From contig CALWTT010000016.1 of assembly GCA_944384545.1 (NCBI GenBank), positions 1 through 51,316 of the forward strand: a DNA stretch of 51,316 nucleotides, written 5' to 3'. The position numbers and the translations under genes were made by a program. The stretch is from an uncultured Clostridia bacterium (GTDB lineage: Bacteria; Bacillota; Clostridia; Oscillospirales; CAG-272). Below, piece by piece: positions 24,978 to 34,857 of this stretch. The stretch's first letter is position 1, and every line of letters begins with the position of its first letter. The notes under the pieces were generated by a model, which made no database searches, had not been told where the DNA came from, and saw only the letters and a list, made by a program, of their open reading frames with translations.

Positions 24978-26320
24978 ACTTCTCCGCTCCCGGAATCCAG
25001 GGTGCGGAATTTGGTATACCGGCCGATCCACCCCATCTTGACCGTATCCGTCGAACCGTGTCGGTTCTTTGCCACGATCACCTCTGCTGTGTTCGCTTCA
25101 CTTCCCGCGCTTCCTCCCTCCTGGTCCTTATAGTATTCGTCGCGGTACAGAAACATGACCACATCCGCATCCTGCTCTATGGCTCCCGAATCCCGCAGAT
25201 CCGAAAGCATCGGCTTTTTACTGGTGCGTGACTCGGGGCCGCGCGATAGCTGGGCGCAGCAGATCACCGGCACCCCAAGATCCTTCGCCATGATTTTCAG
25301 ATTCCGCGATATGTCCGCTACTTCCTGGACGCGGTTATCGATGTTCCGCCCGCTCTGCATCAGCTGCAGATAGTCCACTACGACAAGTCCGAGATTCTTT
25401 ACACGCCGAAGCTTCGCTTTCATCGCCGTCGGTGTCAGTCCTGTGGAGTCGTCAATCAGGATCTCGCAGCCCGACAGCTGCGCTGCCGCGTCTGCAAGGC
25501 GCGGCCAATCCTCGGCCTTCAGCTCCCCGCTCCGAAGGCTATAACTGTCCACCATCGCCTCGCTCGACAGCATCCGGTTCACCAGCTGCTCCCCAGACAT
25601 TTCCAGCGAAAAAATACACACCGACCGGCGGGTCTGCTGTGCCACATTGGTCGCAATGTTCATGGCAAAGCTCGTCTTTCCCATGCCGGGACGCGCTCCT
25701 ACCAGAATCAGGTCCCCTTTGCCCATCTCCACCAACACCCGGTCAAGACCCGAAAAACCGGTTGCGGTGCGATCCGGATGTTCCGGGTTCCCCGCCAGAT
25801 TTTCCAGGTCGATATATACATTCGCCATGATGTCACGGATGTGACGGAATTCCCGCATTTCCCGGTTCTGCGCCAGCGAAAAAATTCTCTGCTCTGCAGC
25901 ATCTACCAGCTGCGATGCATCTCCCTGCTCGCCGTACGCTTCTTCGCTGATTTCCTCACATGCACCGATCAGGCGGCGAAGAAGACTTTTGTCCCGCACG
26001 ATTGCCGCATAATCCCGTACATTCGATGCTGTCGGTACCGTCTGCGCGATCTCACGGATGTATCGGATGCCGTCCTGCTCCGTATAGGTTCCGTTCTGCA
26101 CCAGACGGTTTACCAGCGTCACCGGATCGATCTCCTTGCTGGACAGAAACATATCCGTCATGGCCAGATAGATCTGCTGGTGCTCCTCCACATAAAAGTC
26201 TTCTGCCGTCAGCATTCCCGCCACCGATGTCAGGCAGGAAGGCTTGATCAGAATTGAGCCCAGCACCGACTGCTCCGCTTCTATCGATACCGGCATTTTC
26301 TTGAACAGTTCGTTATTCAT
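24974..26320 (-). CDS. dnaB: Replicative DNA helicase DnaB (DnaC in B. subtilis nomenclature)
   Basis: 448 aa with a DnaB N-terminal domain (PVSIEAEQSVLGSIL) and Walker A GARPGMGKTSFAMN. The RecA-like C-terminal domain ends in KNRHG. Confidence 0.95.
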   Translation of the reverse strand: MNNELFKKMPVSIEAEQSVLGSILIKPSCLTSVAGMLTAEDFYVEEHQQIYLAMTDMFLSSKEIDPVTLVNRLVQNGTYTEQDGIRYIREIAQTVPTASNVRDYAAIVRDKSLLRRLIGACEEISEEAYGEQGDASQLVDAAEQRIFSLAQNREMREFRHIRDIMANVYIDLENLAGNPEHPDRTATGFSGLDRVLVEMGKGDLILVGARPGMGKTSFAMNIATNVAQQTRRSVCIFSLEMSGEQLVNRMLSSEAMVDSYSLRSGELKAEDWPRLADAAAQLSGCEILIDDSTGLTPTAMKAKLRRVKNLGLVVVDYLQLMQSGRNIDNRVQEVADISRNLKIMAKDLGVPVICCAQLSRGPESRTSKKPMLSDLRDSGAIEQDADVVMFLYRDEYYKDQEGGSAGSEANTAEVIVAKNRHGSTDTVKMGWIGRYTKFRTLDSGSGEV

Positions 26321-26333
26321 ATCCTATGGCTGT

Positions 26334-26360
26334 GCGCCGTGCGCGAACCGCGCACGGCGC
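26334..26360 (-). promoter_or_regulatory. Perfect 12-bp GC hairpin between rplI and dnaB
   Basis: GCGCCGTGCGCG-AAC-CGCGCACGGCGC. On the mRNA strand it ends 13 nt before the dnaB AUG and is not followed by a U-tract. Confidence 0.45.
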
Positions 26361-26424
26361 CCTTCCTATTCCTCTCTTTCAGATGCGTGCTTCCGGCCCC
26401 ATCGGCCGTGGCACACACGGCGGT

Positions 26425-26865
26425 TCACGCCTCCACTTCTACCGTAAAACCGACCGACACCTCGGGATGCAGACGCAATGTCGCATGATAGGTTCCGTGG
26501 TTCTTGATGGTCTCCATTTCAAGCTTCCGGCGGTCCACCGCGATCCCCGTCAGACGTTCGAGCTCCGCCGCCACATCCTTGGATGTCACGGCTCCGTACA
26601 GGCGACCGTCTCCACTCCCCTGGCTGTGTATCACAAGACGCAGATCCTTCAGCTTTCCGGCGCTCTCCTGCGCGGCCTTCAATTCCTCCGCCTGACGGTA
26701 CCGCGCCGACTCCGTACGGTTTTTCAGCTCATTCAGCGCCTGCGCGCCTGCCTCCACCGCCAGCTTCTGCGGGAACAGGTAATTGCGCGCGTACCCATCC
26801 GGTACGTCCAGAACCTGATCTTTTTTCCCTTTTCCCTTTACGTCCTTGGTCAGTATGACTTTCAT
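26425..26865 (-). CDS. rplI: 50S ribosomal protein L9
   Basis: 146 aa counted from [36 protein letters not shown], the canonical L9 N-terminus. AAAGGAG lies upstream. Confidence 0.95.
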   Translation of the reverse strand: MKVILTKDVKGKGKKDQVLDVPDGYARNYLFPQKLAVEAGAQALNELKNRTESARYRQAEELKAAQESAGKLKDLRLVIHSQGSGDGRLYGAVTSKDVAAELERLTGIAVDRRKLEMETIKNHGTYHATLRLHPEVSVGFTVEVEA

Positions 26866-27026
26866 AGCTACTCCTTTCAGGGCGGCTCCCAGACCGCTTC
26901 TGTTCTGTGATGCTTCTGCTTTTCCATAAAAACCGCAGCTCATCCCGCGTGACCACGGCAACAGAGAATCGCCGCAGCAATCCCCATACCGAGGCCTTGC
27001 GGCGGAATCTGTTCCACGGGGGGCCG

Positions 27027-29021
27027 TTACCGGTTGTCCAGATACTGATCGATCGAGCTGCGCAGGGTGCTGATGACACTCTGGATCGATTCTCCTTCTA
27101 CCTGAGCGCCGGCTACGTCAAAGTGCCCGCCGCCGTGCAGGCGTTCCAGAATCAGCTGCACATTGATGCTTCCGTCCGAGCGGGCCGAGATGTGTACGCG
27201 CTTCCCGATCGCCACCAGGGCGAAGGAGGCAGATACCCCCCGTACCGTCAACAGCTTATCCGCCGCTTTTGCTGCGATCACGCGATAGGAATTGTCGGTC
27301 TCCCCATCCACATACGTAATCGCTACCTGCTCCCGGTAAATAATCACATTCGCATGAAACAGGGCTTCCTTTGTCAGGTCATGCACATCCGTCCGGAACA
27401 AATCGCTGCTCTCCCCCGGCACCGCGCCCTCTCCACGCAGGTATTGCGCTGCTCCGAACGTGCGCGTACCCGTATTCCGGGTGAACTGTTTGGTATCCAG
27501 CAATATTCCTGCCAGCATCAGCTCCGCTTCTTCCTTCAGCAGGCTCTTCGAGGTCATGTGCTGTTCGAGAATTTCCGCCACCAGCTCCGAGGCAGACGAG
27601 GCGGATGGCTCAATATATGTCACCGCCGGTTCAATACTGAATTCGGTGGTTTTCCGGTGATGGTCCACGACGGCAAGCGTACGCACATTCGGTATCAGAT
27701 CCGGGCATTCCGTATGCTCAAAATTGCTCACGTCCACTACGATCAGAAGCGTGTCCGGTCGCACAAGATCCATGCCTTCCGCTGTGTCCACAAAAATATC
27801 GTCATAGATATCCACACCGCTGATCTTCTCAAAGCAGGGGGCAAGATTCGCATCACGCCGGTTGATCACAATGTGCGGATGTACCCCGCAGAACATCGCC
27901 AGCCGCGCCATCCCGACCGCTGCCCCAAAGGAATCGAAGTCCCCGTACCGGTGTCCCATGATCAGCACGCTTTCGGTCCGCGCCATCAGCGAGCTCAGTT
28001 CATTGGCCACCACACGGCTGCGCACATTTGCACGCTTCTGCACCGCCTTGGTCTTTCCGCCGAAAAAGTTGTCTCCGCTTTCCGAACGAACCACCGCCTG
28101 ATCCCCGCCACGCTGCAATGCCATATCCAACGCCGCCTGCGCCGCGCCTTCCTTTTCTGCCAGCGTTGCTCCTACGCAGGATACTCCGATCGAGATCGTG
28201 ATCGGCATTCCGTCCCCTACACGCACTGTACGCACAGTATCCAGAACATCAAAACGTCGACTGATACAGCCGCGCAAATGCTCCATATCGAAAAATGCAA
28301 TATATTTATCCTTCTCGTAGGTTTTGACTATGCCGCCCATCCCGCGGACCCAGTTCTTGATGACCTCTTCCGCTGCCGCTGCCGACGTCGAGTAACTGTC
28401 CTGCAAATATTGCAGGAGTTCATCGATGTTGTCGATGACAATATACGCCACGACGCTCTCTTCATCTGCATGCAGGGCACGCAACTGCTCATATTCGGTG
28501 CAGTCGGTAAAAATCACAAACCAACGCGACCGATTGCCTTCGTTCACACGGATCCCTTCGTATCGGAACAGGCGGTCTCCTATCGCCGCTATCGGCGTAT
28601 TCTCATCCTCCGACCCGGGCAGATCCCCTTCACTCAGCGAACAGATATCGTCAATCTGCGCCCCGACCACCAAATCCTTCCGCCCTACCGCATTGACAAG
28701 ATACCGGTTGCACCACAGGATCCGACCATGCCCGTCACACAGAAAGGCCGGCTGATTCAGACGCGACACCACCTCTTCCAGCGCGCCGTCAAAGGCGCTC
28801 TGCATCCGCCGCTCGCCCAGCAGACTGTCGGTCCCCAGACGGAAGGCAGCGTACACGAACAGCACCAGCATATAGAAAAATACACTGAGCATCACCGCAT
28901 AGATCGGCAGAATTTCGGTTCTCGAAACCAGCAGCCCAAACGCTATGATACATACGCAGGCCAGCACAATACATACCGTCAGATCCAAACGGGTCGCAAT
29001 GCGTTCCTTGTTCTTTTGCAT
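27027..29021 (-). CDS. gdpP: Cyclic-di-AMP phosphodiesterase GdpP (YybT family)
   Basis: 664 aa with two N-terminal TM segments, PAS-like and degenerate GGDEF-like regions, then DHH/DHHA1 ([26 protein letters not shown]). Sits in the conserved yybS-gdpP-rplI-dnaB context. Confidence 0.9.
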   Translation of the reverse strand: MQKNKERIATRLDLTVCIVLACVCIIAFGLLVSRTEILPIYAVMLSVFFYMLVLFVYAAFRLGTDSLLGERRMQSAFDGALEEVVSRLNQPAFLCDGHGRILWCNRYLVNAVGRKDLVVGAQIDDICSLSEGDLPGSEDENTPIAAIGDRLFRYEGIRVNEGNRSRWFVIFTDCTEYEQLRALHADEESVVAYIVIDNIDELLQYLQDSYSTSAAAAEEVIKNWVRGMGGIVKTYEKDKYIAFFDMEHLRGCISRRFDVLDTVRTVRVGDGMPITISIGVSCVGATLAEKEGAAQAALDMALQRGGDQAVVRSESGDNFFGGKTKAVQKRANVRSRVVANELSSLMARTESVLIMGHRYGDFDSFGAAVGMARLAMFCGVHPHIVINRRDANLAPCFEKISGVDIYDDIFVDTAEGMDLVRPDTLLIVVDVSNFEHTECPDLIPNVRTLAVVDHHRKTTEFSIEPAVTYIEPSASSASELVAEILEQHMTSKSLLKEEAELMLAGILLDTKQFTRNTGTRTFGAAQYLRGEGAVPGESSDLFRTDVHDLTKEALFHANVIIYREQVAITYVDGETDNSYRVIAAKAADKLLTVRGVSASFALVAIGKRVHISARSDGSINVQLILERLHGGGHFDVAGAQVEGESIQSVISTLRSSIDQYLDNR

Positions 29022-29036
29022 GGTTGTCCTTCCTAC

Positions 29037-30068
29037 TCAGACTTCCGCCGATGTGGGAGGCGGAATACAGGATTTCAGTGTCCGGAATGCGTACAGGACG
29101 GCAAACACAGTCAGAAAATAACTCGGCGCCAGCAAAAGCAGCAGCGCCAGCATCAGAATCGGGAAAACCAGTCCCACGCCGCCGGGGATCATGCGGATAT
29201 ATCCGCGGAACAGACGGGGCAGCAGAAGCAACTGCCCATAGGCAAGTATCGGCGTCATAAGCACATACAGGTTCAGCAGCGACAGATACAGCGGAGAAGA
29301 AAAATCGCCCCAGAAAAGCGCCGGAAGCAGCAGAATCATATACACGCCCGCTCCCGCCGGACCTATACGGTAGGGCCAGGTATTCTGCGCAAATGCATAA
29401 CGGTTGCCGCGTAAATAGGAGACAAACTGCATGCCATAGCTCATGATCAGGGCCAACGCAAACAGGATCGCCAACGCCACACCGGGCACGACAGAAAGCG
29501 TCTGCGCCAGCGATGTCCGGATCTCTGCCTCCGTCGGCATCACAAATTCCACGCCCATCTCCTCATACTGCGCCTGCAACGATTCGTACGCCGCCCGGGT
29601 CGCCTCCGTCAGGGTGGTCAGAAACTCGTCCAGCATCGAACGCAAATAGGCAAATACATCCCCGCCGTCTGCCGCACCATACAGATACAGAAAAAGCGTA
29701 AGGCAAATCAAAAGAAGAAGCACCGCCGTCAGAACAATCAGGCAGGTCATCCGCTCCATGCGGAAGCGAATGGCAAGCGCCAGAACCGCGCCACACAGAA
29801 GAAACGCTGCGAGCACCGGCAGTCCCTGCACGCTGCCATGCAGAATGTACCAGACACCGGCGGAAAGAAGCAGCGGGATCGGAATCGATAACAGGCCTCC
29901 GTGCAGGATCAGTACCGCCTGCGCTACCGATGCGGCCACCACCGTAATCACTGCAAAAAAGGCGCCGCTCAGGGAAGACGTCGCCGCGCCGTGCAGCAGT
30001 GCAAACAGACAGGTAAGCAAAAAGGCATATCCCCCTACCCTGTCCCGGAAAAACAGCGCTTTTTTCAT
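29037..30068 (-). CDS. yybS: YybS-family (DUF2232) polytopic membrane protein
   Basis: 343 aa counted from MKKALFF and highly hydrophobic. The call rests mainly on its position immediately upstream of gdpP (15-nt gap), as in Bacillus. Confidence 0.7.
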   Translation of the reverse strand: MKKALFFRDRVGGYAFLLTCLFALLHGAATSSLSGAFFAVITVVAASVAQAVLILHGGLLSIPIPLLLSAGVWYILHGSVQGLPVLAAFLLCGAVLALAIRFRMERMTCLIVLTAVLLLLICLTLFLYLYGAADGGDVFAYLRSMLDEFLTTLTEATRAAYESLQAQYEEMGVEFVMPTEAEIRTSLAQTLSVVPGVALAILFALALIMSYGMQFVSYLRGNRYAFAQNTWPYRIGPAGAGVYMILLLPALFWGDFSSPLYLSLLNLYVLMTPILAYGQLLLLPRLFRGYIRMIPGGVGLVFPILMLALLLLLAPSYFLTVFAVLYAFRTLKSCIPPPTSAEV

Positions 30069-30105
30069 ACCCTCTCTTTTCCTCAAATGATAATATAGTA
30101 GACTA

Positions 30106-30134
30106 ATTATAGCAGAATTTATGTCCTTTGTAAA
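30106..30134 (-). promoter_or_regulatory. Sigma-A-type promoter for yybS-gdpP-rplI-dnaB
   Basis: On the minus strand: TTTACA (30134..30129), 17-nt spacer, TATAAT (30111..30106), preceded by TGC. Confidence 0.6.
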
Positions 30135-30192
30135 CACTCCCCTGTGAACTTTCTATATTTTTTGCTTTTTGCACAGGGCGGGCAAAAAGTCC

Positions 30193-30221
30193 TTGCAATG
30201 CGAGCGGGCCGGGTGTAAAAT
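30193..30221 (+). promoter_or_regulatory. Sigma-A-type promoter for recG
   Basis: TTGCAA (30193..30198), 17-nt spacer, TAAAAT (30216..30221). The roughly 90-nt leader contains an 8-bp pairing, CCTCCGGA (30236..30243) with TCCGGAGG (30284..30291). Confidence 0.55.
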
Positions 30222-30317
30222 AAAAAAAGAAACGGCCTCCGGACGGATAACACATGCCGCAACACGGCAGGCCGCAGTGAAAATCCGGAGGACTGCAGCG
30301 GAAAAAAGGAGGAAACG

Positions 30318-32474
30318 ATGGAAAGGTTGACTGCCGACAGCCCGGTCCGGGCTCTGCCCGGCGTGGGAGATGCGCGCTCCGCCGCCTTTGCCAGGATGGG
30401 TGTGCACACCCTGCGCGACCTTGTCTATCATCTGCCGCGGGCCTATGAAAACCGCGGTCGCGTCCGTCTGCTCAAAGACGGGCTCGACGGCACGCCCTCC
30501 TCCTTCCTGCTCACGGTCGCCACCGAACCCCGTTCCGCACAGATCCGACGCAGCATGTCGGTTGTGCGCTTCCGTGCATTCGACGACAGCGGCAGCGTGG
30601 AAGTCGTATTCTTCAATCAGAATTATGTCTGCGACATCTTCCATGTCGGTTCCTGCTTCCGCTTCTACGGCACACTCCGTGCAAGGCGCGGCACCCCGCA
30701 ACTGGTATCTCCCGCCTATGAGCCGGTCCTGCCGGACAGGCCTTTGCCTGCCTTCGTTCCGCGCTATCCGCTATCCGAAAATCTGTCCGGCCGCATTGTC
30801 GAGAAAACCGTTGCCGCCGCGCTGCGCGCCCTGCTTCCTTCCCTGCAGGATTTCCTCCCGGAAGAAATCCGGCGCCGGCTCGGGTTCCCCACGCTTTCCT
30901 ATGCCCTGCTGTCCGTACACGCTCCTGCCGACGAACAAAGTCTTTCCCGCGCTCTGCGGCGCCTCGTCTTCGACGAACTCTTCTGCTTCTCGCTCGGCAT
31001 GGGGCTGTCCCGGAGCCGGCGTGCCGGCAGCTTCTCCTTTCCCTGCCCGCCCTGCGATCCCGCTCCTTTGCTCCAAAAACTTCCCTACCGCCTTACCCGT
31101 GCGCAGGAGCGCGTCTTCTCTGAAATCCGCGACGATATGCGCGGCGGAGACCGTCCTCCCATGAGTCGCATTCTGGTCGGCGATGTCGGCAGCGGAAAAA
31201 CCGTCTGTGCCGCCCTCGCCATCTACTGCGCCGCCATAGCAGGCGGACAAAGTGTTCTTATGGTCCCCACCGAAATCCTCGCACGCCAGCATTTTGCCGA
31301 CCTTTCCCCGCTGCTCGCCAGCCTCGGCCTGCGCACCGGACTCCTGCTCGGCGCCTGTACAAAAAAAGAAAAAGAACGCATCTGCTCCGAGACCGCCGAA
31401 GGAAAACTGGACCTGCTCATCGGCACGCATGCCCTGCTCAACGATAAACTCCACTTCCCACGCCTCTGCCTCATCGTCACCGATGAACAACATCGCTTCG
31501 GCGTACGGCAGCGCGCGCTTCTGCGTGAAAAAGAATCTGCCGCACACCTGCTCGTTATGAGCGCCACCCCGATTCCCCGCACACTGGCTCTGACACTGTA
31601 CGGCGACCTGGATATTTCCCGTCTGGACGAAATGCCGCCCGGCCGCCAGCGCGTGGACACCTATGTCGTCAACGAAAGCTACCGCGAACGCCTCAACCGC
31701 TTTATCCGTCGTCAGGTGGAAGAGGGAGGCCAGGTCTATGTGGTCTGCCCCGCCATCGAAGAGGAAGAGGAACGCGGAAATGAACCCGAGGAGAATGGCG
31801 AAGAACTGAAGCTGGACCGCCTGGACCTGCTTACCGAACGGGAAGAACGCCCACCGCTGAAAGCCGCCACCGTCTATGCTGCGCAGCTGCAGAAGGAGGT
31901 CTTTCCGGATCTGCATGTCGATTTCCTGCACGGAAAAATGAAGAGTGCGGAAAAAGAGGCTGTCATGCAGCGTTTCGTCGAGGGGCACACGGATATTCTC
32001 GTCTCTACCACGGTCATTGAGGTCGGAGTCAATGTCCCGCGTGCCTCCCTTATGATCGTGGAAAATGCCGAACGCTTCGGGCTTTCCCAGCTGCATCAGC
32101 TCCGCGGCCGCGTCGGGCGCGGCACGCGAAAATCCTACTGCGTGCTGGTCTCGGACGCGCATGGCGAGGCCGCACGCGCACGGCTGGAGGTCATGCGTAC
32201 CACCTATGACGGATACGCCATTGCCGAGCGCGATCTGGAACAGCGTGGCCCCGGCGATTTCTTCTCCTCCTCCTGTGACAGCGGGCTGCGCCAGAGCGGC
32301 GGCATGTCGCTTCACCTGCTCCGCCTGTGCAGCGATACCTCTCTCATGGAATCTGCCGCAAGAGAAGCGCGGGCGTTGCTCGCATCGGATCCCGGTTTGC
32401 AGGATCCGCAACACACGCCCCTGCGCTCCGAGGTCGACCGTCTCTTCCGCATCAAGGAAAGCACGCTCTCCTGA
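30318..32474 (+). CDS. recG: ATP-dependent DNA helicase RecG
   Basis: 718 aa with AAGGAGGAAA upstream. Has a wedge/OB N-terminal domain, helicase motif I GDVGSGKT, motif II DEQHRFG and QLHQLRGRVGRG. Confidence 0.95.
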   Translation: MERLTADSPVRALPGVGDARSAAFARMGVHTLRDLVYHLPRAYENRGRVRLLKDGLDGTPSSFLLTVATEPRSAQIRRSMSVVRFRAFDDSGSVEVVFFNQNYVCDIFHVGSCFRFYGTLRARRGTPQLVSPAYEPVLPDRPLPAFVPRYPLSENLSGRIVEKTVAAALRALLPSLQDFLPEEIRRRLGFPTLSYALLSVHAPADEQSLSRALRRLVFDELFCFSLGMGLSRSRRAGSFSFPCPPCDPAPLLQKLPYRLTRAQERVFSEIRDDMRGGDRPPMSRILVGDVGSGKTVCAALAIYCAAIAGGQSVLMVPTEILARQHFADLSPLLASLGLRTGLLLGACTKKEKERICSETAEGKLDLLIGTHALLNDKLHFPRLCLIVTDEQHRFGVRQRALLREKESAAHLLVMSATPIPRTLALTLYGDLDISRLDEMPPGRQRVDTYVVNESYRERLNRFIRRQVEEGGQVYVVCPAIEEEEERGNEPEENGEELKLDRLDLLTEREERPPLKAATVYAAQLQKEVFPDLHVDFLHGKMKSAEKEAVMQRFVEGHTDILVSTTVIEVGVNVPRASLMIVENAERFGLSQLHQLRGRVGRGTRKSYCVLVSDAHGEAARARLEVMRTTYDGYAIAERDLEQRGPGDFFSSSCDSGLRQSGGMSLHLLRLCSDTSLMESAAREARALLASDPGLQDPQHTPLRSEVDRLFRIKESTLS

Positions 32475-32523
32475 CCGCTCTGCCGATGCTTATATGACTC
32501 TTATCCCAGGAAAGGACCACCCT

Positions 32524-33765
32524 ATGCAGAATCAACCGCTTGCCGACCGGCTTCGCCCCAAAGATTTTTCCGACATGGTAGGGCAATCTCACCTGCTCGG
32601 AGAGCACGGCGTTCTCCGCCGTCTTTGCGATGCCGGCCGCCTCACCAATATGATCTTCGCCGGCCCGCCCGGCACCGGAAAAACCACCGCTGCCAATATC
32701 ATCGCCCAAAAGTCCGGTATGACCCTCTACCGGCTCAATGCCACCACGGCTTCGCTTTCCGATATCCGCAATGTCGCCGCCACGACCGAAAATGTTTTCG
32801 GCAATACCGGTGTTCTCCTCTATCTGGACGAAATTCAGTATTTCAACCGGAAGCAGCAGCAATCCCTGCTGGAATACATCGAGGATGGACGCATCACCCT
32901 GATTGCCGCGACTACGGAAAACCCTTATATTGCCATTTACAGTGCCCTTCTCTCCCGCTCCTCGGTCTTTGAATTCCGTCCGGTTCCCGCCGCGGAATGT
33001 CTGCCTGCACTGCGGCGCGGCCTGAATCTTCTGAACCAGGAAAACCAACGGGAAAAGACCGCCTCCGATGCGACGCTTACCGACATGGCAGCACGCGCCG
33101 GCGGCGATGTCCGACGGGCGCTCGGCATCCTCGAAAACGCCTATTACGCCGCCGATGAAATACTGGATGCCGACACCGTCGCCGCCTTCGCCCCACGCAT
33201 TGCCGGCGCATATGACGGAGCCGGCGATGTCCACTACGATCTGCTCTCCGGATTGCAGAAATCCATCCGCGGCTCGGATCCTGATGCCGCGCTGTTCTAT
33301 CTGGCGCGGATTCTGGCCGGAGAGGATCTTCTTTCCGCCTGCCGGCGATTGCAGGTGATTGCCAGCGAAGATATAGGACAGGCCTATCCGCTTGCCGCCG
33401 TGATCACACGCGCCTGCGTCGAGAGCGCACGCGACCTCGGTCTTCCGGAGGCCGCCATTCCCCTCGCCAATGCCACTGTTCTCCTTGCTGTTTCCCCGAA
33501 ATCCAATGCTGCCTACCTCGGCTATGCCGCTGCCAAGGCGGATGTAGACGCAGGCCGGGGACTGGAAATGCCAGCCCATCTGCGTTCGCCCCTCTACCGT
33601 GGCTATCTCTATCCCCACGATTACGAAAATCATTATGTCCAGCAGGTGTATCTGCCCAAAGATCTGGAGGGGCGTCACTATTTTCACTTCGGCACCAGCA
33701 AAACCGAACAGGCCGCGCAGGCCTATTATGCCTTCCTTCATGGGCAGCGCGACAAGCCGATTTGA
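32524..33765 (+). CDS. rarA: Replication-associated recombination protein A (RarA/MgsA AAA+ ATPase)
   Basis: 413 aa counted from MQNQPLADRLRPKDFSDMVGQSHL. Has Walker [10 protein letters not shown], Walker B LYLDEIQYFN and a MgsA C-terminal domain (HYDLLSGLQKSIRGSDPDAALFYLARIL). Confidence 0.95.
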   Translation: MQNQPLADRLRPKDFSDMVGQSHLLGEHGVLRRLCDAGRLTNMIFAGPPGTGKTTAANIIAQKSGMTLYRLNATTASLSDIRNVAATTENVFGNTGVLLYLDEIQYFNRKQQQSLLEYIEDGRITLIAATTENPYIAIYSALLSRSSVFEFRPVPAAECLPALRRGLNLLNQENQREKTASDATLTDMAARAGGDVRRALGILENAYYAADEILDADTVAAFAPRIAGAYDGAGDVHYDLLSGLQKSIRGSDPDAALFYLARILAGEDLLSACRRLQVIASEDIGQAYPLAAVITRACVESARDLGLPEAAIPLANATVLLAVSPKSNAAYLGYAAAKADVDAGRGLEMPAHLRSPLYRGYLYPHDYENHYVQQVYLPKDLEGRHYFHFGTSKTEQAAQAYYAFLHGQRDKPI

Positions 33766-33845
33766 CAAAAAACTGCTTCTGTGTTACAATATCCGTCGTA
33801 TACCGTCCTCTCCCATGATCGGACGGTACGAAAGGAGCTCTTTCC

Positions 33846-34823
33846 ATGGTGCACCATTTCCTCATCAATCCCGCCGCAGGACGCGGCGATAAAACCGATG
33901 CCACCGTGCATCGCATTCTCCGCGTCTGCAACACACGGGGGCTTTCCTATCACATCCATACTACCACAAGACCCAGGGATGCCACCGAATATGTCCGTGC
34001 CCTTGCCGACCAGCCGGATTTCCACCGCGTCTATGCGTGCGGCGGCGACGGCACGCTGTGCGAGGTCGTCAATGGGGCGGTCGGTGCAGAAAACATCGAG
34101 GTTGCCGTTATCCCCATCGGCACCGGCAACGATTTCGTCCGCAATTTCTCGGAAACCGAAAATTTCCGGAATGTGGATCGGCAGATCAACGGATCCGCCC
34201 TGCCACTCGATCTGATCTGCTGCAACGGTCGCTATTGTATCAATATGATCAATATCGGTTTTGACTGCAATGTCGTGAAAAAGGCCGGAGAAATCAAGAG
34301 AAGCCCCCTGGTTCCCGACGGTCTGGCCTACGTCTTCGGCGTGGGGATCACCTTCTGTAAGCCCATGGGGCTTCCCATACGCATAGAACTGCCGGACGGG
34401 CGCTGTATTCACGAGCATCTGCTGCTGACCGCCATTGCCAACGGACGCTTCTGCGGCGGCGGGTTCCTGTCCAATCCGCATGCCTCCCTCACCGACGGGC
34501 GCTTCGATATCTGCGCCATCCGGAAAATGTCCCGTGCACGCTTTCTGCGCATGATCGGATGGTACAAAAAAGGCATCCATCTGGAACAGGAGCGCTGCGC
34601 TCCCTATCTTACCTACATACAGACCACATCGGCACTGCTCACATTCGACACACCCGTCAGCATCTGTATCGACGGTGAAATCGAAATGACTGACTCCGTG
34701 CGCCTTGAAGCGCATTCTCATGCCGTTCGCTTCTCCGTCCCGGAGGGATCTGCACTCCTCCCGGTCCCCCCACCGCCCGAAAAGGAAATCGAACAACCCC
34801 AACGTATTCCCGCCACACTGTAA
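33846..34823 (+). CDS. Diacylglycerol-kinase-family lipid kinase (YegS/BmrU/DagK type)
   Basis: 325 aa with AAAGGAG upstream. DAGK catalytic-domain pattern: FLINPAAGRG, YACGGDGTLCEVVNG, IPIGTGNDFVRNF. Confidence 0.85.
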   Translation: MVHHFLINPAAGRGDKTDATVHRILRVCNTRGLSYHIHTTTRPRDATEYVRALADQPDFHRVYACGGDGTLCEVVNGAVGAENIEVAVIPIGTGNDFVRNFSETENFRNVDRQINGSALPLDLICCNGRYCINMINIGFDCNVVKKAGEIKRSPLVPDGLAYVFGVGITFCKPMGLPIRIELPDGRCIHEHLLLTAIANGRFCGGGFLSNPHASLTDGRFDICAIRKMSRARFLRMIGWYKKGIHLEQERCAPYLTYIQTTSALLTFDTPVSICIDGEIEMTDSVRLEAHSHAVRFSVPEGSALLPVPPPPEKEIEQPQRIPATL

Positions 34824-34857
34824 CGTGCGGCACTACGTACACAAGGAGGGCGCTTGT

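Noticed and set aside
26907-29414. 835-aa ORF on the plus strand spanning gdpP and yybS.
   Set aside because: It is the antisense shadow of two well-supported minus-strand genes. The translation is Arg/His/Gln-rich and low-complexity, has no recognisable motifs and has no SD. Long stop-free antisense frames are expected in GC-rich coding DNA.
30771-33768. Minus-strand ORFs at 30771..32414 (547 aa) and 32452..33768 (438 aa), opposite recG and rarA.
   Set aside because: Same reasoning applies. The sense strand encodes canonical RecG and RarA with all helicase and AAA+ motifs.
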